Source: a virus. Taken from it: a DNA stretch of 64,000 nt. Made by a program: the position numbers and the translations under genes. The DNA is taken from positions 9,513 through 73,512 of the IMG/VR virus record IMGVR_UViG_3300029825_000003; one strand, 5' to 3'. This document shows, piece after piece, positions 37,827-47,837 of this stretch (positions are counted from its first letter, which is position 1; the number at the start of each line of letters is the position of its first letter). The notes under the pieces are model-generated. The model did not search any database, had not been told where the DNA came from, and saw only the letters and a program-made list of their open reading frames with translations.

Positions 37827-38543
37827 TCACGCCTTCGGTCTTGTGATGATTACCGTATAGACTGCTGCGGCTTTTGTGAGTTCCTTCACGACTACCTTCA
37901 CATCTTTTATTACATCTGTTCCTGCTGCACCTATTGTTATAGTGCCATTTCCTCCACTTGCTACAGTCGTACCATCTACAGTGATGGTAGCACCGGAAGC
38001 TCCCTGAGTCGGAACTATGACTGCCTGTGTATCTGCTGCTGCTATCACGGTTGTATATGTGTAAGAATCTGCTGCGAATGGAGCAGGAACCAAGACTTCC
38101 CCTGTCACTGAAAGATCTGTTAAAGCACTCTTTGTAGTTGAGAACGTGGGAGCACCTGAGACTTTGATCTTACAGGATATCATCAAAATCTGGTTTTCAA
38201 CAACATGATCATAGGTCTTGACTACACCGTAGAAACTTTGAGAAGACCCACCTGTAAAGGTTGTGACGAAAAGACAAGTTGAACCTGCTGCTGCGGCTGC
38301 TGCGAGTGCTACCTGCCCAGGGTCACTATCTACAGCGTTTGCTTTAAGTTCACATTCTCCACCGTCTTTCCTTCCGGCTTTGTACTCTTTCCAGTCCCCT
38401 GAATTCTGGTTAGTAACTTCTATGTCGTCTGTCGTTGTTTGTGGTTGAGGGATACCATCATCTGTAATTTCGGTGATTTCTACACCGTCAATAGTGACGA
38501 TCACCCCTCTTGCTACATTTGCCTGTGAATTCACATATGTCAT
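37827..38543 (-). CDS. Major tail protein with C-terminal cadherin/Ig-like domain
   Basis: DIEVTNQNSGDWKEYKAGRKDGGE; CKIKVSGAP; C-terminal beta-sandwich. Confidence 0.88.
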   Translation of the reverse strand: MTYVNSQANVARGVIVTIDGVEITEITDDGIPQPQTTTDDIEVTNQNSGDWKEYKAGRKDGGECELKANAVDSDPGQVALAAAAAAGSTCLFVTTFTGGSSQSFYGVVKTYDHVVENQILMISCKIKVSGAPTFSTTKSALTDLSVTGEVLVPAPFAADSYTYTTVIAAADTQAVIVPTQGASGATITVDGTTVASGGNGTITIGAAGTDVIKDVKVVVKELTKAAAVYTVIITRPKA

Positions 38544-38558
38544 GTTTGGAGTCTCCTG

Positions 38559-38975
38559 TTATTGTATTAAAAGAGAGAAATTAATCGAATATATTGTAAA
38601 ATTAGAATCAGAAGAGACAAGCCCAGGAGGACTTTTCGCCTGAATATACAAAAATTTCGTAGTGCCAATTATAGTATTATAAATATCGTAAAGTAAATTA
38701 TATATCGAATCGGCTTTCGTTTTCGCTGTATAATTTACAGAATTTCTAACAAGAATACTAAGGTTAATCTGCTGTGGATCTCGTTGCCCTGTGACTATTT
38801 TGTGAGTATTTGTACCCGGATAAGGAAGTAAAGAAATGCAATTAGTTGAAAGGTCAAATTTGCCGTAAAAAATGTCAGTGCCTACTGTTCCTATAGAATT
38901 CGTCTGGAGGTAAGCCCCTAAATCACTGAGATAAGTTTCAATTGTCAAGTGCTCCCTCCATAGCTGAATTGACAT
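38559..38975 (-). CDS. Tail terminator / minor capsid-like protein
   Basis: Position before MTP; LGAYLQTNSIGTVGTDIF. Confidence 0.7.
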   Translation of the reverse strand: MSIQLWREHLTIETYLSDLGAYLQTNSIGTVGTDIFYGKFDLSTNCISLLPYPGTNTHKIVTGQRDPQQINLSILVRNSVNYTAKTKADSIYNLLYDIYNTIIGTTKFLYIQAKSPPGLVSSDSNFTIYSINFSLLIQ

Positions 38976-39321
38976 TTGCCTGTAGTTTTCCCTGATACAT
39001 TAGAAGGGGGGTTTCCAGATACTTCCATTGAGCATTTGGAGGGTTATAGTGATTATACGGGATCGCCTCAACCCAATAAGCATAATTAACTTTTTCATTT
39101 CCATAGGAAATTTTCACAGTAAACCTTGAATTTGAGTCTTCTGAAACTACTTCTGTCTGCGAGTTTTTCAAATCACCAGATAATACAGGACAAAATGTTT
39201 CTTTTGAGATTGTGGCTATTTCGTGGGCTGTATCCTTTGTGGCTTCTTTAGCGGCTGACCACATTGCATTGGAAATGAGTCTCGTTCTAGCTGCACAAGC
39301 TGAAGCTCCGGAAGTGCTCAT
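38938..39321 (-). CDS. HK97 gp10-like tail completion protein
   Basis: CPVLSGDLKNS...YAYWVE...WKYLETP. Confidence 0.8.
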   Translation of the reverse strand: MSTSGASACAARTRLISNAMWSAAKEATKDTAHEIATISKETFCPVLSGDLKNSQTEVVSEDSNSRFTVKISYGNEKVNYAYWVEAIPYNHYNPPNAQWKYLETPLLMYQGKLQANVNSAMEGALDN

Positions 39322-39644
39322 CAGAAGCCTCCTTTGATTTCTTCGCCTAACCAGACCTCTACGCAGATTTCAAGACCAAGAGGAGGTTTAACGTGTTGAA
39401 TTAAAACTATGGGAGCAGTAGTATTATCTGAAAGTGTTATCTGATCGGTTTTTAAAATCGTAGTTGACGGGGGAAACTGAATCCATGCACATGTTAAAAA
39501 ATGTTTTTCATTCTGCCCCTTGATTACCTTTTCAACTTTTTCATAATTACATGTAAGAGTTGATGCCGTCCCGTAACTATCGTCCCATCCATTGTTAGAA
39601 GTCTTTGACTTTTTCGTCACTGACGAAGCAAAGAACATTAACAT
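39321..39644 (-). CDS. Head closure/stopper protein
   Basis: Position and GWDDSYG...DQITL pattern. Confidence 0.65.
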   Translation of the reverse strand: MLMFFASSVTKKSKTSNNGWDDSYGTASTLTCNYEKVEKVIKGQNEKHFLTCAWIQFPPSTTILKTDQITLSDNTTAPIVLIQHVKPPLGLEICVEVWLGEEIKGGF

Positions 39645-39740
39645 CCCTCCGATACTGATATGAAAAATAAAGGATCTCCTGACAGTGAGAACGATTCATA
39701 AGGGGTATACTGCCAGGAGATGAAGGGGTTTTCATCGGGA

Positions 39741-40130
39741 TTAATGGTGATGCCCTCCACAATGAGAATTAAAGCCGCATTGATAAGAGGGGCTTGAAAA
39801 AACGTAAGCTGAAGAATAATTATATTGTGAGATATACGACTGAGACTTCTTTTCGTATCTTTCAATATCTACGTCAATATTGTTTTGCTGTTTTGAACCG
39901 GGGGTTTCTCTACTGGCTGCCATTTCCCCTGTGGTTTTCATCCGGGTCAAAACAGCCGCAAGAATAGCATATTTCCCCGCTAAAATAACAAGAGGATTAG
40001 TTTCTACTGTAGTATTGCACTCTGTGAGAACGTCTTCTGAAACCTCTGTGATAATATCCGTGATGTCTGCATCTGCAAGAGTGCCCGTATAGATATGTGC
40101 TCTAACGTAATCTACATCACAGAGTGCCAT
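39741..40130 (-). CDS. Head-tail connector (adaptor) protein
   Basis: MALCDVDYVRA... start; first gene of neck/tail operon. Confidence 0.7.
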   Translation of the reverse strand: MALCDVDYVRAHIYTGTLADADITDIITEVSEDVLTECNTTVETNPLVILAGKYAILAAVLTRMKTTGEMAASRETPGSKQQNNIDVDIERYEKKSQSYISQYNYSSAYVFSSPSYQCGFNSHCGGHHH

Positions 40131-40318
40131 ACCTGAAAAAAGACTTCTGAAGGATATAAACAAAAATAGGAAAAGTTCTGACTAGATGGAAACTAACTAA
40201 AAAGAAACTCTTAAAATTCAAGGCATCCCATTTTAACAGTCTTCAAAATCACTCTAAAACAGAAATATTAAAATGTCTTCCGTAAAAAATACAATTCAGA
40301 CGATAAATAAAAAAGTCA

Positions 40319-40372
40319 TTTATATACTTTTTACGTCAACACGTAAAAGAAGTTTTACGCACTAGCGTAAGA
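40319..40372 (-). promoter_or_regulatory. Tail-operon promoter with two tandem palindromes
   Basis: TTTTACGT-N4-ACGTAAAA 40329-40348 and TTTTACGC-N4-GCGTAAGA 40353-40372, upstream of TATATAAA on minus strand. Confidence 0.65.
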
Positions 40373-40386
40373 GCTTATTATATAAT

Positions 40387-40959
40387 TCATTTTATGCTTA
40401 CTAAAACCCTATCTTTTTTATTAATCCACTCAATAGAAACCACATCTGGAAACATCTCTGTACTTTTCGTCATGATCTCCGATGCGGTGACTTGAATTCG
40501 TTCAGGATTTACCCTAATTCCTTCATCGACTTCCATTAATAGAAAAGATTGAATTTCTTTTGGAGTGATATACTTCATTTTGAGGAACTGATTTCCATTG
40601 AATAGTTTGATTCTTCGCTCGCTCATTGAAAGGAGCTTTTCCACGACGCATCGAATTCGTTGTTCAGTTTCGTTTCCTGTGATGAGATGGACTTCTTTTT
40701 CCTTGAGTCTCTTAGTTACGTCCGCATCATGCACGATTAACGCATATTCCCGGTTTTTCAAAGTCCCTTTCCGCAAAAACTCCGCCTGAGAGAGGTCTTT
40801 AAGGTGCTTCTCTTGGCATTCCTTAGAACAGTAGACATCCGCAGTCTTACCATATTTTAGATAGTGAAAGGTCTTTAATTCTCGTTTTTGTTCAACAGTT
40901 ATATAAAAAACATTTGAACACTCAGGATATGAACAATTAACAAGTGTCAGGGGCTGCAT
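40387..40959 (-). CDS. Zinc-finger-containing hypothetical protein (possible late regulator)
   Basis: CSYPEC...YCSKEC; sits directly upstream of the palindromic promoter. Confidence 0.6.
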   Translation of the reverse strand: MQPLTLVNCSYPECSNVFYITVEQKRELKTFHYLKYGKTADVYCSKECQEKHLKDLSQAEFLRKGTLKNREYALIVHDADVTKRLKEKEVHLITGNETEQRIRCVVEKLLSMSERRIKLFNGNQFLKMKYITPKEIQSFLLMEVDEGIRVNPERIQVTASEIMTKSTEMFPDVVSIEWINKKDRVLVSIK

Positions 40960-41146
40960 CTATGACTCCATTAATATAAGCTTCAGGGGATAGACAATAA
41001 GTTTCATAATCAATCGTGATAAGCCCGTCTAACTCGGAAGAATAGGCTTCATCGGCAAGACGGTCAACCGCTTCGATCAAAAAAGGGATTCTATTTTGTC
41101 CACAGTCTTGTCTTCTGGGACAGCGATTTGTGCATATCTCACCCAT
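40937..41146 (-). CDS. Small hypothetical protein
   Basis: Own TATA at ~41200; CTNRC...C. Confidence 0.55.
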   Translation of the reverse strand: MGEICTNRCPRRQDCGQNRIPFLIEAVDRLADEAYSSELDGLITIDYETYCLSPEAYINGVIDAAPDTC

Positions 41147-41224
41147 ATTATTATTTGAATGAGCTAGACATAACATAGTAAAATAATATTATATCAGTAG
41201 TATATAAAAATTGGGATAGTATAC

Positions 41225-41542
41225 TCAAACAGAACGCTGAACTTCCACTTTCAAATAACCTTCTTGCGGATACGTAATTTTGGCACCATCCTTAGAAATG
41301 AGTTCAAACTGTGCACTGAAAAATCCGGCTCTATCAAGATCACTGAACGGGATAGCCACCCCTCCTTTGCATACAGGGGTATAATTTTCAGACGGGATTG
41401 ACTGTCTAATACATTTTATCCTTTTCGAATAGTTCCTTTTATCCCCAAACTTAAAGTACACCTCTTTAAATGTCAGGTCTACACCGGGAATCACGAAATT
41501 TACTGTAATTGTATCCCCTTGATTCACAATAAATTCAGTCAT
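41225..41542 (-). CDS. BppU-N-like beta-sandwich virion protein
   Basis: FIVNQGDT...DLDRAGFFSAQFEL...ITYP. Confidence 0.6.
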   Translation of the reverse strand: MTEFIVNQGDTITVNFVIPGVDLTFKEVYFKFGDKRNYSKRIKCIRQSIPSENYTPVCKGGVAIPFSDLDRAGFFSAQFELISKDGAKITYPQEGYLKVEVQRSV

Positions 41543-41895
41543 AGTGTCACCTGAATTGCTGGATACACTTTCAACACATAATATTCATTTCCATTTGGAA
41601 TTATAGACAGTTCCCCGTTTTTATTCGCGACAAACTCACATTCATACTCGCCGTCGTGCTCTAATTGAATGGCTGTAAAGTTTATCGTGACACCGCCTTC
41701 TGAAGCAGGGTATGTACTATTACCAATCGTACATGGCACAGAAAAACTATGATTCAAACCGTCAGAAATGTTGAATACGATAGTGGTAAATGTAGTCAGG
41801 TCTATAGGTATCTCATTTTGGAGGAGTTGACAGATTACATTATCCGTGATACCTGTTTTATATTCGATGTCCGCAACTCCATTTTTTGTGCTCAT
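41539..41895 (-). CDS. BppU-N-like beta-sandwich virion protein (paralog)
   Basis: IDLT...GVTINFT...LEHDGEYECEF...IIP. Confidence 0.6.
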   Translation of the reverse strand: MSTKNGVADIEYKTGITDNVICQLLQNEIPIDLTTFTTIVFNISDGLNHSFSVPCTIGNSTYPASEGGVTINFTAIQLEHDGEYECEFVANKNGELSIIPNGNEYYVLKVYPAIQVTL

Positions 41896-42065
41896 GGGTC
41901 AATCACCGCGGAATATACATTTTTAATAAATGTGGCAGTGTAAATATTTTTTAATATTACAGATGTTAGTGGGTAATCCAACCCTTCGAAATCGAATGAT
42001 GTTACTGTCCTCGGGTATAACATATCAGGATATAACCCGGTTGGGAATAGTCCAGTTGGATACAT
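41892..42065 (-). CDS. Small protein with aromatic-Pro repeats (57 aa)
   Basis: Read by hand: MYPTGLFPTGLYPDMLYP...; TGA overlaps next ATG. Confidence 0.6.
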   Translation of the reverse strand: MYPTGLFPTGLYPDMLYPRTVTSFDFEGLDYPLTSVILKNIYTATFIKNVYSAVIDP

Positions 42066-42067
42066 AA

Positions 42068-42961
42068 TTACACCAATGTTATATTATTTAGTGTACGATC
42101 CCCTTTTGAATCCACAGTAAATGTCGCTGTACCCACTCCGGCAAGTGAAATTGTATACGTGCCTGCACCGCCACCGGCTGGTAATGTATAATTCCCAATT
42201 TCCATAATGAGACATTTTTTTATCATCGACCAATCGATAGTTGAAATAAGCGAGGTCTGCCCGTCTTTTATTGATTTCAATGAATCGGTGGCTGTCCACC
42301 CTACCCCTTTTACCTGTGAAAATGAATCATCAACTTCGAGTTTCGTAGGGACCCCATATGTACTCATCGCCTCGGATGTTTTAGCAAAAATGATATCAGG
42401 AGTGATCTTATCGGTACTCGTTTTGATTAATACTACATTTGACCCAATATTATCTACATTAGTAGAAATTGTTTTAAGTGTGTTTGTAGGCGTCCAGTCG
42501 ACACCCTTGATGTCATTGATAGCAGACGTGACATCATTTGCCGAAGCCGTACCGTATGTTTCGAGTGCAGTCCTTACTACCGATTCGATGTCAAGGAGAG
42601 TTAAGTTGTCGGTATTTGATTTTATTGCGGAAACGTTTGCGGCGATTGTATTTATGTCGCCGTCGATATCCGAAACATATATCCTGAATTTCCCGTCGAT
42701 AATATCTGTACCAGTTACTATTCCTGCGAGGATTGAGCCTGATGCAGGTATGGAAGTACCGGGAATTGTAACAAGGTACATATCCATTGTTGAATTGAAA
42801 ACAGCAGTGGCTCCAGTGATTTCCGCGGGAGTGCCTCCATTCACACTCCCTAAAATATGTAGATTTGTTATTACCGATTTATATTCTGCATAGGTAGATG
42901 AAGAAATTAACTCCATCCAGAATTTAGTTTCGGTGTTGGGTTGTGCGTTAATTTCTATCAT
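42068..42961 (-). CDS. Fibre-like virion protein with internal duplicated unit
   Basis: TYG...IKGVDWT...TLKTI and TYG...VKGVGWT...SLKSI. Confidence 0.6.
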   Translation of the reverse strand: MIEINAQPNTETKFWMELISSSTYAEYKSVITNLHILGSVNGGTPAEITGATAVFNSTMDMYLVTIPGTSIPASGSILAGIVTGTDIIDGKFRIYVSDIDGDINTIAANVSAIKSNTDNLTLLDIESVVRTALETYGTASANDVTSAINDIKGVDWTPTNTLKTISTNVDNIGSNVVLIKTSTDKITPDIIFAKTSEAMSTYGVPTKLEVDDSFSQVKGVGWTATDSLKSIKDGQTSLISTIDWSMIKKCLIMEIGNYTLPAGGGAGTYTISLAGVGTATFTVDSKGDRTLNNITLV

Positions 42962-42962
42962 G

Positions 42963-44798
42963 TTACCACCACAGGAAGGATCTTAGCCACCAGTATATTT
43001 GAGCAAGAGTAGATGGCATTGTCTCTTCTTCGATATTTAGAGTAAGTATAATTTCTGGGCCCGAAAGAATGGCAGGATTGGGGGAATACCATGTATTATC
43101 TGGATCAAATATTTTATAATCGGATTGCCCCGATTTTGTTGCCGTGATTTCTGATATATAAGTAGTTTCAGACGTTGTGTTTTTAAACATGTTAGGTATA
43201 GCCATCCAATTAGATCTGTTGCCAGAATCGTATAATCTCCCATTTTTATCTGTTACAAACCTCTCCTGCACTACCCCGTACCCATTTCTAGCAGTAGTAT
43301 TTGTTGTTAACACCGCGTTATCTACTGGATTACCACTTATATCGTTAATTACTATATTCGGATAATAATATTCCGTATAATCGTTTTGGTTGTCTGGGTG
43401 TAATATTACCCCGCCTTCGAAATAACTATTGATTATCGATGTGTTAAGGGCCCACACTAAATACGCTGCTGGATCATATCCATCACCGGAAAAATTACAG
43501 TCAATTAATTTAGTGTCATTTAAATATCCATCCACCCCTACCGATGTCGCACCAAGGGCAAACGCATATGGATCATTAACAGTTGACCCCGATGCGTTTA
43601 TAATTGTAAGATTTTCTCCTTTGTTTATATTCCCAAACTTTTTAGAGTTGTAGGTTATCGCGTTTTCTAGCCACACGTTGACAAAATTGTTCCATGATAA
43701 GTCCGAACCGGTTGCGTTTTCAGTATATAAGTTATAAATATATATATCATGGCTTGGTACAGTAATATTTCTTCCAGTTGGATATGTTCTAGTGTGGATA
43801 TTTGAAACGCACTCCACAGGACCTGTAATCATAAAATTTTCCATCAGTGAATGTCTAATTATAACATTTGTGAGAGTTACGTTAAATCCACTGTGCAGAT
43901 CAATCCCATTGTGCCCTGAATAATTAACTTCGATGTCACAACCGGTGAAGTTATATTCATGCCCAGACAAGGCAAACCCAGATCTCCCCGTACCGTTAAG
44001 TGAGATGTTCCACGCTTGATTATCGTGCCCCCCTGTATTAGTTTCATACAACCCTGACGTAACTGCGCCTGCAAAATACACTCCAGTAGTTGCATCCACG
44101 TTGTCAGGTATTGCTCCCTCAGCTGTGATATTGTAGATGACCGTGTTTGTCGCATTGCCAATTTCCAGAAAACGCCCTTCCATGTCCTGAAAATGGATAT
44201 CATGTAATATTCCCCCAACCATCCCAACAGTGCCTTCTATTTTTGGACCCATGTCCCCATTTAAAAATATAACATTAGACATTTCAAAATTTTTAACATT
44301 GTGGTATGGGAGAGAATATACTCCAAAATATTTAATATCGTTGAATCTTGAGTTTGTGATGTTAATTCCGGGTTTGATAGCAGATGCAAAACTAACCCGA
44401 GTGGGATAAACACATTTGATAGTCGAATTTGAAAAGTTGAATGGACCTAGATCATGTTCGGTACTAAGTGTAAGTGACCCATCTGCCCTCTGGTAATACG
44501 TTGTTTTATCTGAGTGATTGTACCATCCAGTATTATATTGAATTCTGCGAATATTGTTGAACATATACCCGTCTTCGTATGGGATGAAGACGTCATGTTC
44601 GGCCATATATGTACTATTATCAACGTGTTTTATATGGGTCGCTAAATACGATGCGTTCATTTCTCCCCCATATAATCTTAAGTATGGTTCGCCCCCCCAT
44701 CCATCTGGATCGTATGTTGCATAAGCGTCTGCACTCGCACAACCACATAACACCCCAACCAACATCAAAAAAAATACAACCCTAAATAAAAATCTCAC
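42963..44798 (-). CDS. Secreted beta-helix glycoprotein
   Basis: Signal peptide MRFLFRVVFFLMLVGVLCGCASA; beta-helix repeats; about 23 N-x-S/T sequons by my count. Confidence 0.7.
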   Translation of the reverse strand: MRFLFRVVFFLMLVGVLCGCASADAYATYDPDGWGGEPYLRLYGGEMNASYLATHIKHVDNSTYMAEHDVFIPYEDGYMFNNIRRIQYNTGWYNHSDKTTYYQRADGSLTLSTEHDLGPFNFSNSTIKCVYPTRVSFASAIKPGINITNSRFNDIKYFGVYSLPYHNVKNFEMSNVIFLNGDMGPKIEGTVGMVGGILHDIHFQDMEGRFLEIGNATNTVIYNITAEGAIPDNVDATTGVYFAGAVTSGLYETNTGGHDNQAWNISLNGTGRSGFALSGHEYNFTGCDIEVNYSGHNGIDLHSGFNVTLTNVIIRHSLMENFMITGPVECVSNIHTRTYPTGRNITVPSHDIYIYNLYTENATGSDLSWNNFVNVWLENAITYNSKKFGNINKGENLTIINASGSTVNDPYAFALGATSVGVDGYLNDTKLIDCNFSGDGYDPAAYLVWALNTSIINSYFEGGVILHPDNQNDYTEYYYPNIVINDISGNPVDNAVLTTNTTARNGYGVVQERFVTDKNGRLYDSGNRSNWMAIPNMFKNTTSETTYISEITATKSGQSDYKIFDPDNTWYSPNPAILSGPEIILTLNIEEETMPSTLAQIYWWLRSFLWW

Positions 44799-44805
44799 TA
44801 CTCTC

Positions 44806-45237
44806 TCACTCCATTACAATCTTTTTCAAATACTCAGTCACACCCTCAACCTGCCCAGCAAATACCTCATCAGGTGATTTCTCAACATACTCAGCAATCA
44901 GCGGTTTCAATACGGATCTCAATTCAAGTTTATTCGCTCGTTCCTGGGCTTGCTGAGATCCTCGTGTAACCGCCTCACTCATGAGAGATTCAATGAGGCT
45001 TTTCAGAGCTACCGTGTCGGATATGTCAATTGAGGTATTCTCGGGAATCTGAATACTCACGGGGATTTCAGGGTATTCCGGGAGAGGGTTGCCGTCATCA
45101 CCTAATTCAGATGTGAGTTTTATGTTTCCATTTTCATCGGTAAGTGGGTTTGCGATGTCTTCAAACAGTACAACGATATTTGATGAGTTATCCGGGATAT
45201 GTGGTATTTTTTTTCGTCGGAGGGAGATTTCAGCCAT
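44806..45237 (-). CDS. Hypothetical virion accessory protein
   Basis: Start refined to MAEIS (TAATG coupling). Confidence 0.6.
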   Translation of the reverse strand: MAEISLRRKKIPHIPDNSSNIVVLFEDIANPLTDENGNIKLTSELGDDGNPLPEYPEIPVSIQIPENTSIDISDTVALKSLIESLMSEAVTRGSQQAQERANKLELRSVLKPLIAEYVEKSPDEVFAGQVEGVTEYLKKIVME

Positions 45238-47468
45238 TAGATCACCATTCCGTAGGATTGTAAGAATTTCGAGAGAGAACCTTCTAGTGATGCCTCTAGG
45301 CAATCTGGGATATCATTAGAATCAGTATCGCGAGTGAGATCCGAGTAGTGGATTTGTCCGTGATAGAGTAATCCATTACCTGGATATAGTGTTAGTTCGT
45401 GGATCTGCCCGCTTTCGTTTCGTTTGAAGGAGAGGTTTCTTGGTCTGTGCGTGAATAAATAAAAATCAATTTCTGAGGTTGCGGGATCATAGAGAGCAAT
45501 CCACGGTTTGATTTGATTTTGGAGACCGTATGAGGCGTTTGTGGAGTTTGAGAATTCATATGTGGTTGCGCCCATGTTTTGAGCAATTGGTTTCAGGTGA
45601 CAGATCAGCCCGGTGGTGCTTACGGGCTGATTGTTTGTTATCGCCGTCATTTCTACAGGTGACAACGATCTGTTGTAAATCCAAACTTCTGAGATCAACC
45701 CCTTAAATAAATTTGTAGGATTAGTCGTTCTCGATATATACCATCCATTTAAATTTACAAAACTTCCGGTCCATACCTTAGAATCTACCTGTACCCCATT
45801 TTTATATGCAATTATATTCGTGCCCGTTGCAACTACTCCGTAATCGCGCCATTCGCCTGATGTGTATGTCATGGCTGGCATTGCAGACGGTACTACTCCA
45901 TTATCATCTCTTATTTGAATGTCAGAGTTCCCCGACCTAAACGCAATTGTTGATTTTGAGGGGGTTGTATTTCTAATGTCTATTATATGTTTTCCAGTGT
46001 CCCCTCCTGAACTGTCACACTTTGCACGTACTATTATAGTGCATTGTGAGCCTAGAGAGGTTTGCTTGTTATTTATTATGGCGGAACTTGAAATGCCGTC
46101 GAATACGAGTGCCGAGTTTTTGTTACCCAACCCGTCATCTGATATAGAACACCCTGAAACAGACAGTGTATTTCCTGTCTGTGAGATGTCTGGAACGACT
46201 TTCAGAACTCCGTTTATATCGTCATAATAAGTAATCACTTTCAGCCGAACCTTATTAAAATTAGTTCTCCCTCCATCAGAAGGCGGCAAATCAATTCTAA
46301 AACCTATCCTGTTGCGAGTGCCTTTATTCGCGCTGTAAGTTATATTTCCTGAACTTCCGGCTTTTGTGTCTCCTGATATGCCTTTAGGGAAATAAGCTCT
46401 GCCTAATCCAGATCCATAGACATCATCAAATTTTGTACCGTCTAACATTTTCATGTTTGCAGGAGTACTTGAAATATTTGAGTATGCACCATCGAGGGAA
46501 TCTCTGCGACATTCTGCGTATGCGCTGCCTCCCCAACATTGAACGATTGTTGAGGTTGCGGCGAGGTTGTTTGGGGTTTGTAATTCTATGTATGCTGATT
46601 TTGCGGAGTCTACTGCGACTCCATACATACTAAACGTAACCGATGAAAATGGTGCTCTACCAGTAATACCCACTCGGATGTGCGTAACATTCGACCAGTT
46701 CACCGTCCCGGCAATAAACGTGGGGCCAGCTAGCTCAGTATTGCCACCTCCAGGGTTTGCCAATGTTGTCGACTTCGCAGCACATATTACAAATGACGGG
46801 ACGTTAGGACTGATTACACAATTTGTTTTTGATACCCTATTACTCTCATCAGTACCAATTGATAGATATACCCTACCGCCAACTGGGTCTGAAATTCCAG
46901 CCATGTAAAAATATTTATTAGACATGTCAATTGATATCGTTTTTGATACTGCAAATTGGCCAGCTTCATCTGTAGTGCCTGCCACGGTGATTTTTGTTCC
47001 ATCCGAGGAAATTGAATGATTCTTGCCGATTATTCCACCCCATCCAACCGCACTGTCGCCGCTATCTATAACCGTAGGATTATTACTCTCAGCCGTATTT
47101 TCAACTATAAATTCCTCGGTAATCGTATGAGCATCAGTATCAACTGTCAAAAGTGATAACTCTTTTAACTTGCCCGCCGTTAATGTTTTCGTGGAATTTG
47201 TCCCTGACAAATCAGTCAGATATACTCCATCTGTCTGACAAAAAAGAGTACCCGGCGCATAATCAGGAGATCCAGAACCTTTTAAACCACCGAAAGGACT
47301 TTCTGTGACTGTAAGCCTGTTGCTATTGAGGGTGTATTCATTGAATGAAGGAAGAATCGTAGGGTTTCCAGTCGGGAGAACTAAAACTTTACCCTCTGTA
47401 TCTATTGATATCGATTCCCCCACAACAAAAACAGGTGAAAAAGGAGCAGATGGAGTTTTCAACTTCAT
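45237..47468 (-). CDS. LamG/concanavalin-domain fibre protein
   Basis: ALVFDG...WRDYGVV...YKNGVQV...FKGLISEVWIYNRSLS. Confidence 0.8.
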   Translation of the reverse strand: MKLKTPSAPFSPVFVVGESISIDTEGKVLVLPTGNPTILPSFNEYTLNSNRLTVTESPFGGLKGSGSPDYAPGTLFCQTDGVYLTDLSGTNSTKTLTAGKLKELSLLTVDTDAHTITEEFIVENTAESNNPTVIDSGDSAVGWGGIIGKNHSISSDGTKITVAGTTDEAGQFAVSKTISIDMSNKYFYMAGISDPVGGRVYLSIGTDESNRVSKTNCVISPNVPSFVICAAKSTTLANPGGGNTELAGPTFIAGTVNWSNVTHIRVGITGRAPFSSVTFSMYGVAVDSAKSAYIELQTPNNLAATSTIVQCWGGSAYAECRRDSLDGAYSNISSTPANMKMLDGTKFDDVYGSGLGRAYFPKGISGDTKAGSSGNITYSANKGTRNRIGFRIDLPPSDGGRTNFNKVRLKVITYYDDINGVLKVVPDISQTGNTLSVSGCSISDDGLGNKNSALVFDGISSSAIINNKQTSLGSQCTIIVRAKCDSSGGDTGKHIIDIRNTTPSKSTIAFRSGNSDIQIRDDNGVVPSAMPAMTYTSGEWRDYGVVATGTNIIAYKNGVQVDSKVWTGSFVNLNGWYISRTTNPTNLFKGLISEVWIYNRSLSPVEMTAITNNQPVSTTGLICHLKPIAQNMGATTYEFSNSTNASYGLQNQIKPWIALYDPATSEIDFYLFTHRPRNLSFKRNESGQIHELTLYPGNGLLYHGQIHYSDLTRDTDSNDIPDCLEASLEGSLSKFLQSYGMVI

Positions 47469-47828
47469 TCAACGCCACCTGTCGACCGAAACGGTAATTT
47501 CCGCAGTATTCACTGCATCTGTGTTAGTCGCTACTGCGTAAATATATTTAGGGATTGCGTCTTTCTCAATGTAGCAGCCTGCTGAACCTCCTGCGCCGAG
47601 TGTGAACGGTCTGAGGACATAAGAGATACCTCCGGTAGCTGCATTAACCGCATAAATTGAAACAGTCACATTTGTTGACGTGCCTGTATTTTTCACCGAT
47701 ATCTGCAATTTTGACATTCTTTCAACTGCAAGCCTTGAAGATGTCGCCGAGGGCGTTGCGCCTCCGGATACAGTGAGAGCCTGGGTAGAGAAAAGTTCAA
47801 CAGAATCAAAAGAAAGAGGAGAGTACAT
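47469..47828 (-). CDS. Small beta-rich virion protein
   Basis: Ala/Thr/Ser-rich, in structural operon. Confidence 0.65.
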   Translation of the reverse strand: MYSPLSFDSVELFSTQALTVSGGATPSATSSRLAVERMSKLQISVKNTGTSTNVTVSIYAVNAATGGISYVLRPFTLGAGGSAGCYIEKDAIPKYIYAVATNTDAVNTAEITVSVDRWR

Positions 47829-47837
47829 TTAATCCCC

